64,000 nucleotides of DNA from contig CAWCMR010000022.1 in NCBI GenBank assembly GCA_963796685.1, positions 176,457 through 240,456 on the forward strand, written 5' to 3'. Positions 52,576-60,373 of this stretch are shown here, in pieces. The position numbers and the translations under genes were made by a program. The notes below the pieces were generated by a model. It did not search any database and was not told where the DNA came from. It saw nothing but the letters and a program-made list of their open reading frames with translations. The stretch comes from an uncultured delta proteobacterium. GTDB taxonomy: Bacteria > Myxococcota_A > Polyangia > Fen-1088. Each line of letters opens with the position of its first letter. The first letter of the stretch is position 1.

Positions 52576-54705
52576 ATGGCGCCGGCCGAGCGCACGCTTG
52601 CCGAGATCCTGGAGCGGTTGCCCACCCAGCCCGGCGTGTATCTGATGAAGGATCGGCGGGGCAAGATCATCTACGTGGGCAAGGCGGCCAACCTGCGCAA
52701 CCGCGTGCGCCAGTATTTCCAGCCCGCCAGCGGCGACACCCGCGACTTCGTGCCCCTGCTGGAAGGCATCGTGGGCGACATCGAGACCGTGGTGACCGGC
52801 AACGAGAAGGAAGCCCTGCTGCTGGAGAACAACCTCATCAAGCGCCACCAGCCGCGCTTCAACGTCAAGCTGACCGACGACAAGAACTACCTGGTGTTGC
52901 GCCTGGACCCGCGCTCGGCGTGGCCGCGCCTGGAGGTCGTGCGCAAGATGGCCGACGATGGCGCGCGCTACTTCGGTCCGTACCATTCGGCCACCGCGTG
53001 CCGCGAGGCCCTGCGCGTGGTGAACCGGCACTTCCAGTTGCGTATCTGCACCGACCACACCCTGGCCAGTCGCAAGCGCCCGTGCCTGCAATACCAGATC
53101 AAGCGTTGCCTCGCGCCTTGCGTGCTGGCGGTCCCCCCTGACGACTACGCCGAGCAGGTGCGCTTCGTCAGCCTCTTCCTCGAAGGCAAGAGCGACGAGC
53201 TCTTGGACGATCTACGCCTGCGCATGAAGGACGCCGCCGGCCGCATGGCCTTCGAGCGCGCGGCCACCTTGCGCGACCAGGTGCGCGCCCTGGAATCGGT
53301 GCTGGAATCGCAGCGGGTGGTGCAGGACACCTTCGCCGACCAGGACGTGCTCGGCTTTCACCGCGAGGGCCAGGCCGTGGAGATCGTCGTGCTCTTCGTG
53401 CGCCAGGGCAAGCTGGTGGGCAACCGCGCTTTTTCCTTCGGCAAGCAGGAATTTCCCGACGACGAGATCTTGTCGAGCTTCCTCGGCCTGTTCTACGACC
53501 TGCAGGCCACGCCACCCGCCGAGGTGCTGTTGCCGTTCGCCATCGCCGACATCGAGGTGAAGGCCGAGTGGTTGACCGACAAGCGCGAAAAGAAGGTGCA
53601 AGTCTTCGTGCCCCAGCGCGGTCCGCGCCGCGCGCTGGTGGAGCTGGCGCGCAAGAACGCCGCCGCCAGCTTCGTCACCCGGCGCGATCACAGTAAGGAC
53701 ACCGAGACCACCCTGGCCCGCCTGCAACGCCGCCTGGGTTTGGCCAAGGTGCCGCGCGTGATCGAGTGCTACGACATCTCGCACGTGCAGGGCACGGATC
53801 CCGTGGCGTCCATGGTCGTGTTCGAGGATGGCGAGCCGGCCAAGGCACGCTACCGAACGTACAAGATCAAGCGCGCCACGGGCGGTGACGACTTCGCGTC
53901 CATGTACGAGGTGCTGTCGCGCCGGTTCCGCCGCGGGCGCGAGGCGACGGACGAGAACGACCCGTGGCGGCTGCCGGACTTGCTGGTCGTCGACGGCGGC
54001 AAGGGCCAGCTCGGCGTGGCGCTGGCCGCCGCGCGCGATGTCGGCATCGACGTGCGTCCTGGAGCCGGCCTGCCCATCGTCGCCCTGGCCAAGGAGCGCG
54101 AATCCGTGGCGTCCGAACCGGAAGCCCAGCTCGCCATGGATTTCAGACCGGCGGCCAAGGCCGAGCCCGTGGCGAGCACCGAGCCTGCGCCACGCAGCGA
54201 AGCCGAGGCAAGCGACGAAGCCACGCCAAGCAGCGAAGCCGAGGCGAGCAGCGAAGCCACGCCAAGCAGCGAGGCAAGCGGCGGGCCCGCGGCGCCGGCC
54301 GAGCCTGGCCCCAACCCCACGGGCCCCAGCCCCACGCCCGTGGCCAAGCAGGCGAGTCAGCGTTCCCCGACCAGCCGTCCCGACCGCGTGTTCCTGGCCC
54401 ACGGCAAAGACCCCATTCCCATCGGCCCCACCAGCGCCGAGATGTTCGTGCTGGCCCGCCTGCGCGACGAGGCCCACCGCTTCGCCGTCGGCTTTCACCG
54501 CAGCCTGCGCAAACGGCGCACCCTGCGCTCGGCCCTGTCCAGCATTCCCGGTGTCGGCCCGGCTCGCCAGCGCGCGCTGCTGCGCCACTTCGGCAGCCTG
54601 AAGAAGGTCGGCGAAGCGTCCCTGGAGGAATTGCTGGCCGCGCCCGGCATGACCGACTCCGCGGCGAGCGCCGTGCGCGAGCACTTCGCGGCCCAGGCGA
54701 AATAG
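52576..54705 (+). CDS. uvrC: Excinuclease ABC subunit C
   Basis: GIY-YIG (PGVY..YVGKA), IECYDISH, VDGGKGQ, RDEAHRFA, HhH; start could be 52516. Confidence 0.96.
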   Translation: MAPAERTLAEILERLPTQPGVYLMKDRRGKIIYVGKAANLRNRVRQYFQPASGDTRDFVPLLEGIVGDIETVVTGNEKEALLLENNLIKRHQPRFNVKLTDDKNYLVLRLDPRSAWPRLEVVRKMADDGARYFGPYHSATACREALRVVNRHFQLRICTDHTLASRKRPCLQYQIKRCLAPCVLAVPPDDYAEQVRFVSLFLEGKSDELLDDLRLRMKDAAGRMAFERAATLRDQVRALESVLESQRVVQDTFADQDVLGFHREGQAVEIVVLFVRQGKLVGNRAFSFGKQEFPDDEILSSFLGLFYDLQATPPAEVLLPFAIADIEVKAEWLTDKREKKVQVFVPQRGPRRALVELARKNAAASFVTRRDHSKDTETTLARLQRRLGLAKVPRVIECYDISHVQGTDPVASMVVFEDGEPAKARYRTYKIKRATGGDDFASMYEVLSRRFRRGREATDENDPWRLPDLLVVDGGKGQLGVALAAARDVGIDVRPGAGLPIVALAKERESVASEPEAQLAMDFRPAAKAEPVASTEPAPRSEAEASDEATPSSEAEASSEATPSSEASGGPAAPAEPGPNPTGPSPTPVAKQASQRSPTSRPDRVFLAHGKDPIPIGPTSAEMFVLARLRDEAHRFAVGFHRSLRKRRTLRSALSSIPGVGPARQRALLRHFGSLKKVGEASLEELLAAPGMTDSAASAVREHFAAQAK
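54196..54279 (+). repeat. 36-bp in-frame repeat (SEAEASxEATPS, about 2.3 copies) inside the uvrC insertion
   Basis: Read directly from the sequence. Confidence 0.8.
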
Positions 54706-54715
54706 GCGCGCCAAA

Positions 54716-55840
54716 CTATCCGTTGCCGTTGTCGTACAGCGTGCCGAGCTCGAGCACGCGGAAATCGGCCAGGCTGATCTTGTCTTGCAGCTCATAACTA
54801 CCCAGCACCCCCGAATCCCAATAGGCCTGCGCGTCGGCCGAACCGTCGGCGTAGAGGCTCATGGCCCCTGAGAAGTCCCCGACGTAGGCGCCGTATTCCT
54901 GGAGTGCCTGCATGATGATGCGGCCCGAAGGGGTGAGGCCGAGACTGTCGAGATTGATGCCGGGGTCGTACTGGATGCGACCGCCACACGGGATGCCCCG
55001 ATCCTTCTGGGCGCCGACGCCATTCGCCGCCTGCGCGGTGCTGGCCGGCGGCGTGTAGAAGCCCGCGCGGATGTGCGGATAGGCGACCACCAGGGCGTGG
55101 TCGATCCGCCCGCTCTGAATCTCGTCGACGCGGATGAGTCCCGCCACCAGTGGAAAACCGCAGGCGCGCGCGCCCGCCGACGTGTACCAGGTCGGGTTGC
55201 CCTGGGCCAGTGGTCGCACCCCCGTGCCGTTCAAGTCCGAGGTGGCGCAAAGTCCCGCGTGCCAGCCGGCGGTTTCATGCACCATGTCCCAACAGCCCCA
55301 CTCCTTCATTTGCTGCTTGTCGATGACCAACAGGTGGTGGTCGCTGTCGGGATCGGGCGCGGCATTGGCCGGAATGGGCATGAGGCCGGTGGTGTTCTGA
55401 CCGTTGCTGCCCGACCATCCAAAGCCGCCAACGTCGGCGCGCACGGTGTAGGTGGGCGTCGAGGCATCGGCGTAGAAGAGCGGGATGGAGTAGCCCTTGA
55501 TGTTGACGTCCAGGTGTTGACCATAGGGCGAGCTGGTTTGCCAATCGGCGATCAACGCCGTGCTGTCGGGATCGATCGTCGGAGTGGAGCCGATGGGGGT
55601 GTTCCAAGGGCTGTCGTCGGAGAATGGCCGCCACGCGGCCGTGGTCGCCCCGCCCGTCGCGGCGGTGCCCGCGGTGGAAGTCGTGGTCCCGCCCGCGGCC
55701 ACGGCGCCTCCCGTGCCGTTCGCGCCGCCGGCTCCGGCATTTCCTCCTGCCGCAGAGTCCGGTGCCGTGGCAGCAGGATGGGTCGTGCCGCAAGCGAGGA
55801 CCAGGAACGTCCAAGAGCAAAGACCGAGCGCCTTGACCAT
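54716..55840 (-). CDS. Hypothetical lipoprotein with Gly/Thr linker and a conserved globular domain
   Basis: Lipobox VLAC; PFSDDSPWNTPI, AGLIRVDEI..IDHAL, ALQEYGAYVGD. Confidence 0.72.
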   Translation of the reverse strand: MVKALGLCSWTFLVLACGTTHPAATAPDSAAGGNAGAGGANGTGGAVAAGGTTTSTAGTAATGGATTAAWRPFSDDSPWNTPIGSTPTIDPDSTALIADWQTSSPYGQHLDVNIKGYSIPLFYADASTPTYTVRADVGGFGWSGSNGQNTTGLMPIPANAAPDPDSDHHLLVIDKQQMKEWGCWDMVHETAGWHAGLCATSDLNGTGVRPLAQGNPTWYTSAGARACGFPLVAGLIRVDEIQSGRIDHALVVAYPHIRAGFYTPPASTAQAANGVGAQKDRGIPCGGRIQYDPGINLDSLGLTPSGRIIMQALQEYGAYVGDFSGAMSLYADGSADAQAYWDSGVLGSYELQDKISLADFRVLELGTLYDNGNG

Positions 55841-55951
55841 GCCGAATCTCCCTTCATCCAATGGCGGCGACGGAAAACAAGCCGCGCAGCGGATCATCGT
55901 AGACGCTCTTCGTCCGCAACTCCAGAACCCCAGGCCTTGTCTCACCGGTCG

Positions 55952-55967
55952 TGGCACGTCCTTCGCA
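55952..55967 (+). promoter_or_regulatory. Sigma54 promoter candidate for intI: TGGCACGTCCTTCGCA
   Basis: GG-N10-GC, 13 bp upstream of ATG 55981. Confidence 0.6.
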
Positions 55968-55980
55968 TTGTCTTTCGCCC

Positions 55981-57036
55981 ATGAAGAACAGCGGCCGAAA
56001 TAGCGACCAAAATGCAACCATCATCCCCCTTGTCCAGCCCCTCGTCCGGCCGAGTCCCGGACAGGCGGCTGGGATTCCGGCCAAACCGCCGAACCTTCTA
56101 GAACAAGCCCGAGAAAGCCTGCGCGCCCGTCATTACAGCGGCCGCACCGAGAAGGCATACCTTGGATGGATCCACCGCTTCATCAGGTTCCATGGCAACC
56201 GCCATCCCGAATCCATGGGTGAAGCCGAGATCGGCGCCTACCTGTCGAACCTGGCCGAGGACAAGGTCAGCTCGTCGACGCAAAACCAGGCCCTGGCTGC
56301 CCTGCTGTTCCTGTACCAGCAAGTGCTCGAGCGCGAGCTGGCCTGGCTTGGGAACATGGTCCACGCCAAACGGCCCAAACAGGTCCCCGTCGTGCTTGGT
56401 CGCCCGGAGGTGCGACTCGTGCTGGACCATCTCGATGGGATACCGTGGTTGGTGGGAGCCCTTCTTTACGGTAGCGGCTTGCGCCTGCTCGAAGCCCTGC
56501 GGTTGCGAGTGAAGGATCTAGACCTGGACCGTCGCGAAATCACCGTGCGCAGGGGCAAGGGCCAAAAGGATCGCCGGACCGTGCTGCCGGATACGTTGGT
56601 CGAGCCGCTACGTTCCCATCTTCTGAGCGTCAAGGCCCAGCACGACCGCGACCTCGGTCAAGGCGCTGGCGCCGTTGTCCTGCCCGACGCTCTCGACCGC
56701 AAGTATCCCAATGCCCCGCGCGAGTGGATCTGGCAGTGGGTCTTCCCCGCGACCCGAACCTACACCGATCCCGCCAGCCACGAAATCCGTCGTCACCACC
56801 TGCACGAAACCGTCATTCAGCGCGCTATCCGCAAAGCCGCCGTGACCGCCGGTATCGCGAAACCCGTGAGCCCACATACGCTGCGTCATTCCTTCGCCAC
56901 CCACATGCTCGAAGCTGGCTATGACATCCGCACCATCCAGGAGCTGCTGGGCCACCGGGACGTGAGCACCACCATGATCTATACCCACGTCCTCAACCGC
57001 GGAGCCTGCGGCGTGCGCAGCCCTCTCGACCGCTGA
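55981..57036 (+). CDS. intI: Integron integrase
   Basis: [34 protein letters not shown], IntI-specific insert ([19 protein letters not shown]), [15 protein letters not shown]. Confidence 0.97.
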   Translation: MKNSGRNSDQNATIIPLVQPLVRPSPGQAAGIPAKPPNLLEQARESLRARHYSGRTEKAYLGWIHRFIRFHGNRHPESMGEAEIGAYLSNLAEDKVSSSTQNQALAALLFLYQQVLERELAWLGNMVHAKRPKQVPVVLGRPEVRLVLDHLDGIPWLVGALLYGSGLRLLEALRLRVKDLDLDRREITVRRGKGQKDRRTVLPDTLVEPLRSHLLSVKAQHDRDLGQGAGAVVLPDALDRKYPNAPREWIWQWVFPATRTYTDPASHEIRRHHLHETVIQRAIRKAAVTAGIAKPVSPHTLRHSFATHMLEAGYDIRTIQELLGHRDVSTTMIYTHVLNRGACGVRSPLDR

Positions 57037-57221
57037 AAACGAGCAGTTCTGCAGCGTTTTGTTATCGCGTTATCGAGCTTCCCGCAGGCGCGATCCGTGG
57101 CCCGAAAAGCCAGGTACCAGGATCCTCGCACCTGCAACACCGCGGAATCACTTGCCCCCGGCTTCCGTCCGACACAGCCAAGCGGCAATACTCTCGCAGG
57201 AATATTGGGGTACCCTCTGCA

Positions 57222-57240
57222 GGCTAATAGTAAGTTCGAC
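57222..57240 (+). other. attI site (L box GGCTAAT, 5-bp spacer, R box G|TTCGAC)
   Basis: GTTCGAC is the exact reverse complement of the first attC R'' (GTCGAAC). Confidence 0.75.
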
Positions 57241-57297
57241 AGTCACGCATCCGGGTGGGTAGAGGTCTGGCTTGGCTCCCGGCAGCTCTAGCAAACA

Positions 57298-57777
57298 TCA
57301 GCGGCCGCCGGGTGTCTGCGTCGCTCTTACCTGGCGGATTCTCGCTTCCAGGTGGCTGATGTGCCAGTCGAGGTGGCGGTAATAGTCGTGCGCCAGGTAC
57401 TCCAGGCTCAGTTCCTTGTCACCGACGATCCAGACGTTGCCAAGGCGCGCGGGATCCAAGTTGGAAACCAGGTGCAGCACAAAGGCGTTGTAGGACCGCA
57501 GGAGGTCGAGCATGGTCTTCCAAGCCAGGCCCTCGGGCTTTTCGATGGCGACCCAAGGCTCCGCCTCGTAGGGAGGGAAAACCAGACGCTGGGTGCGCTG
57601 CAGGTGCGTGAAGCGCTGGTGGTTGTTGCTGGCCGAATCAACGAGATGGCAGGCGATCTGCTTGATACTCCAGTCCTCGGCGGAAGGCTTGAGGTCGACC
57701 AGCGACTCGGGCACGGACTCGAACAGCGCCAGCAGGCGCGCAAGTGTGGCTTGAAAGCCAGCGATTGTAATTTCCAT
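57298..57777 (-). CDS. DinB-family protein, cassette 1 (inverted)
   Basis: WSIKQIACHLVDS..NNHQRF, DYYRHLDWH. Confidence 0.88.
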   Translation of the reverse strand: MEITIAGFQATLARLLALFESVPESLVDLKPSAEDWSIKQIACHLVDSASNNHQRFTHLQRTQRLVFPPYEAEPWVAIEKPEGLAWKTMLDLLRSYNAFVLHLVSNLDPARLGNVWIVGDKELSLEYLAHDYYRHLDWHISHLEARIRQVRATQTPGGR

Positions 57778-57872
57778 GACACGACCCTAGCCCATCAATC
57801 GGCGTTGTAGAAGGACCGATATCGCTGATTGTGGACGAACCGTGAGGAACGCTCGTCGAGGAGAGGTGTGCT

Positions 57873-57976
57873 GTCGAACAAGCCGTTGCAGCGGATGTGG
57901 TCGCCGCGGGGACATCGTGTAGAATCGCGGCGCCAGCTTGGCGGCGCCCACACCGCTGAACGGCAAGGAGTTGGGC
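57873..57976 (+). other. attC site 1 (104 bp)
   Basis: GTCGAAC-AAGCCGTTGCAGCGG...CCGCTGAACGGC-AAGGA-GTTGGGC. Confidence 0.9.
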
Positions 57977-58068
57977 AGACCGCCGCGCCAGCGCATCTTG
58001 ACTTGGTGGCGCAAACAGAGCAATTCCGCTAATGTGTAGGAGCGAACAGCAGCTAGAACAGGAGAACG

Positions 58069-59145
58069 ATGGGCGACATCAACATCGGCGAAGAAGTGCG
58101 AAAGGCATTTGAAGAAGCCATGCGCGAGCGCGGCCATGCGAACATCCTCCTTGCTGGGCGGACAGGTGTGGGTAAGAGCACACTCGTCAACAGTGTGTTC
58201 CAGGGAGAATTCGCCACAACTGGGCAGGGTCGTCCGGTGACGACTGGGACGAGGGAAATCAACAAGCCCGGGACACCTCTTACCATCTTCGATACTCGTG
58301 GGCTGGAGATGGCCGAGTTCGCCGCGACTATCGCCAACCTAAAGTCCTTCCTTGCCGAGCGTCGTGCGGAACACGATCCGCGCCGACACATTCACGTTGC
58401 CTGGGTCTGCATCGCCGAGGATCTCCGCCGAGTGGAGAATGCCGAGTCAGCCTTGGTTGAAATGCTGGCAGACTTCATGCCAGTGCTGGGGGTGATCACC
58501 AAGGCTCGGGCCGACAACGGCTTTCGCGCTGAGGTTCAGCGCCTTCTTCCGCGCACCACAAATACGCTTCGTGTTCGCTCCATCGCAGAACAGCTTGACG
58601 ATGGTCACAGCCTTCCGCCGATGGGTCTAGTTGAACTCGTCCGCGCCACGGTGGACCTAATCCCGGAGGGACAAAGGCGGGCCTTCGTTGCCGCTCAGAA
58701 GGCTGATCTAGCGCTCAAGCGCAAGAAGTCTCAATTCATTGTGGCCGGAGCTGTGGTAGCAGCAACTGGCGTGGCCTTTATCCCGCTGCCGTTCGCCGAC
58801 GCGCTCGCGCTTGTCCCGATTCAGATTGGTATGCTCGCCGGGATAACTGCCACCTACGGCCTCGATTTTTCCGACGGATTTCTGAGTACCTTACTTGGCG
58901 CCACTGTGGGCAGCGGTGCCGCAACACTTGGTGGAAGAGCTATCGTCGCCGGCCTGCTCAAGCTGATCCCGGGGGCCGGCACCGCGTTGGGCGGTGTGAT
59001 AAGCGCGGCGACTGCTTCTGCATTGACGACGGCTCTCGGGGAAGCTTACATCGCGGCTTTGGACCTTCTGTTCGCAAAACATGGGGGTGAGCAGCCGAGT
59101 GCAGATGAAGTATTGGCTGCCGTGAAGACTCACTTCCACAAATAG
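58069..59145 (+). CDS. Era/MMR_HSR1-like GTPase with C-terminal DUF697-like hydrophobic region, cassette 2
   Basis: GRTGVGKS, DTRG, PLPFADALALVPIQIGML, LLKLIPGAG. Confidence 0.85.
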   Translation: MGDINIGEEVRKAFEEAMRERGHANILLAGRTGVGKSTLVNSVFQGEFATTGQGRPVTTGTREINKPGTPLTIFDTRGLEMAEFAATIANLKSFLAERRAEHDPRRHIHVAWVCIAEDLRRVENAESALVEMLADFMPVLGVITKARADNGFRAEVQRLLPRTTNTLRVRSIAEQLDDGHSLPPMGLVELVRATVDLIPEGQRRAFVAAQKADLALKRKKSQFIVAGAVVAATGVAFIPLPFADALALVPIQIGMLAGITATYGLDFSDGFLSTLLGATVGSGAATLGGRAIVAGLLKLIPGAGTALGGVISAATASALTTALGEAYIAALDLLFAKHGGEQPSADEVLAAVKTHFHK

Positions 59146-59148
59146 GCT

Positions 59149-59219
59149 GCCCAACAAGCCGTTGCAGCTGACGGTCGGCCGCAGACGGCCGCCCGCAGCT
59201 GAACGGCAAGGCGTTCGGC
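59149..59219 (+). other. attC site 2 (71 bp)
   Basis: GCCCAAC...GTTCGGC with a paired stem. Confidence 0.92.
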
Positions 59220-59238
59220 GGACGCGAATCGGTGAAGG

Positions 59239-59266
59239 TTGACCCAAGGTCATACCGGGTTATACT
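59239..59266 (+). promoter_or_regulatory. Cassette-internal sigma70 promoter TTGACC-N16-TATACT
   Basis: Ends 6 bp before the antitoxin ATG; overlapped by ATAC/GTAT repeats. Confidence 0.7.
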
Positions 59267-59272
59267 GGGGGT

Positions 59273-59509
59273 ATGAAGACCGCAGTTTCCATCCCAGACG
59301 AGATCTTTGAGCGGGCTGAGACCCTCGCGCACCGGGCGAAGCGCTCGAGGAGTGAGGTCTATTCGTGTGCACTCAGCGAATACGTGGCGCGCCACGCGCC
59401 GGACAGTGTCACAGAGGCGATGAACCGTGTTCTCGACGACGTGAAGGAGCCGGCCGATGGATTTGCATCGCGTGCTGCCCGGCGCACGCTGGAGCGTAAC
59501 GAGTGGTGA
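59273..59509 (+). CDS. RHH antitoxin, cassette 3
   Basis: MKTAVSIPDEIFERAE..SRSEVY. Confidence 0.88.
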   Translation: MKTAVSIPDEIFERAETLAHRAKRSRSEVYSCALSEYVARHAPDSVTEAMNRVLDDVKEPADGFASRAARRTLERNEW

Positions 59510-59850
59510 CGGTCTCTCAGGGAGAGGTGTGGTGGGCGGATCTCGGCGAACCACGCGGATCGAAGCCAGGATTCCGACGGCCGGTATTGATCATACAAGG
59601 TGATGCTTTGAACCGGAGTCGAATCGCGACTGCCGTATGCGTTGCCTTGACCAGTAACGTGAAGTGGGCTTCTGCCCCGGGCAACGTTCTTCTTTCCGAG
59701 AGCGCGACCGGGCTACCCAGGGAATCGGTGGCGAATGTCTCGCAGATTGTGACTCTCGACAAGTCCGAGTTGACTGCGCGAGTGGGCAAACTGCCCAAGG
59801 CGAAACTGGAGCTTGTCCTGTCCGGAGTGGACGTGGTGCTTGGACGGTAA
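59503..59850 (+). CDS. mazF: MazF/PemK endoribonuclease toxin, cassette 3
   Basis: QGEVWWADL..GSKPGFRRPVLIIQ, SVANVSQIVTLDK. Confidence 0.92.
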   Translation: MVTVSQGEVWWADLGEPRGSKPGFRRPVLIIQGDALNRSRIATAVCVALTSNVKWASAPGNVLLSESATGLPRESVANVSQIVTLDKSELTARVGKLPKAKLELVLSGVDVVLGR

Positions 59851-59856
59851 GCCGCC

Positions 59857-59927
59857 GCCGAACAAGCCGTTGAAGCGGATGGTCGGCCGCGGACGGCCGC
59901 CCACCGCTTAACGGCAAGGCGTTCGGT
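59857..59927 (+). other. attC site 3 (71 bp)
   Basis: GCCGAAC...GTTCGGT. Confidence 0.92.
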
Positions 59928-60053
59928 GGGCGCGCGGGCCAGCTTGGAGATCGCTGGCCGTCGGTGGGTGCGCGGGTCTTCTCTCGCACGTTGGTCTGGA
60001 GGAAGCGGACGACAAAGACCGTGCCGGCGAGGTGCTTCAGATGGCTGGCCGCC

Positions 60054-60220
60054 GCCGAACCGGCCGTTGCAGCGGTCGAGGGCCTGTCAACTCTCGGTCG
60101 ACGGTCAACGAGCCGGGGCCGCGCGGCTCATCAGACGAACGAAGGCCGCCGCGCGGCCCCGGCAGTGCTACTATCGATCAGCCGGGACGGCCCTCGCCGC
60201 TGAACGGCACGCCGTTCGGC
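60054..60220 (+). other. attC site 4 (167 bp, branched), closing a gene-less cassette
   Basis: GCCGAAC-CGGCCGTTGCAGCGG...CCGCTGAACGGC-ACGCC-GTTCGGC. Confidence 0.85.
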
Positions 60221-60373
60221 GGACGCGAATGAGCCCCTGTCGGTAGTGGGACGATGCCATTCCGAGATTCCGGGTCACAGCGGAAGGAGCCGCGGTGTGT
60301 GATGGACACCTCCATGCGAAGGTCACGCCAACGCTTGTCGCCGTTGAACCGACCATTGGAGTACGATGTGGCG

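Noticed and set aside
57040-57080. GTTTTGTTATCGCGTTATC as attI
   Set aside because: It does not complement the R'' of attC1, whereas 57234-57240 does exactly; it could still be an accessory IntI site
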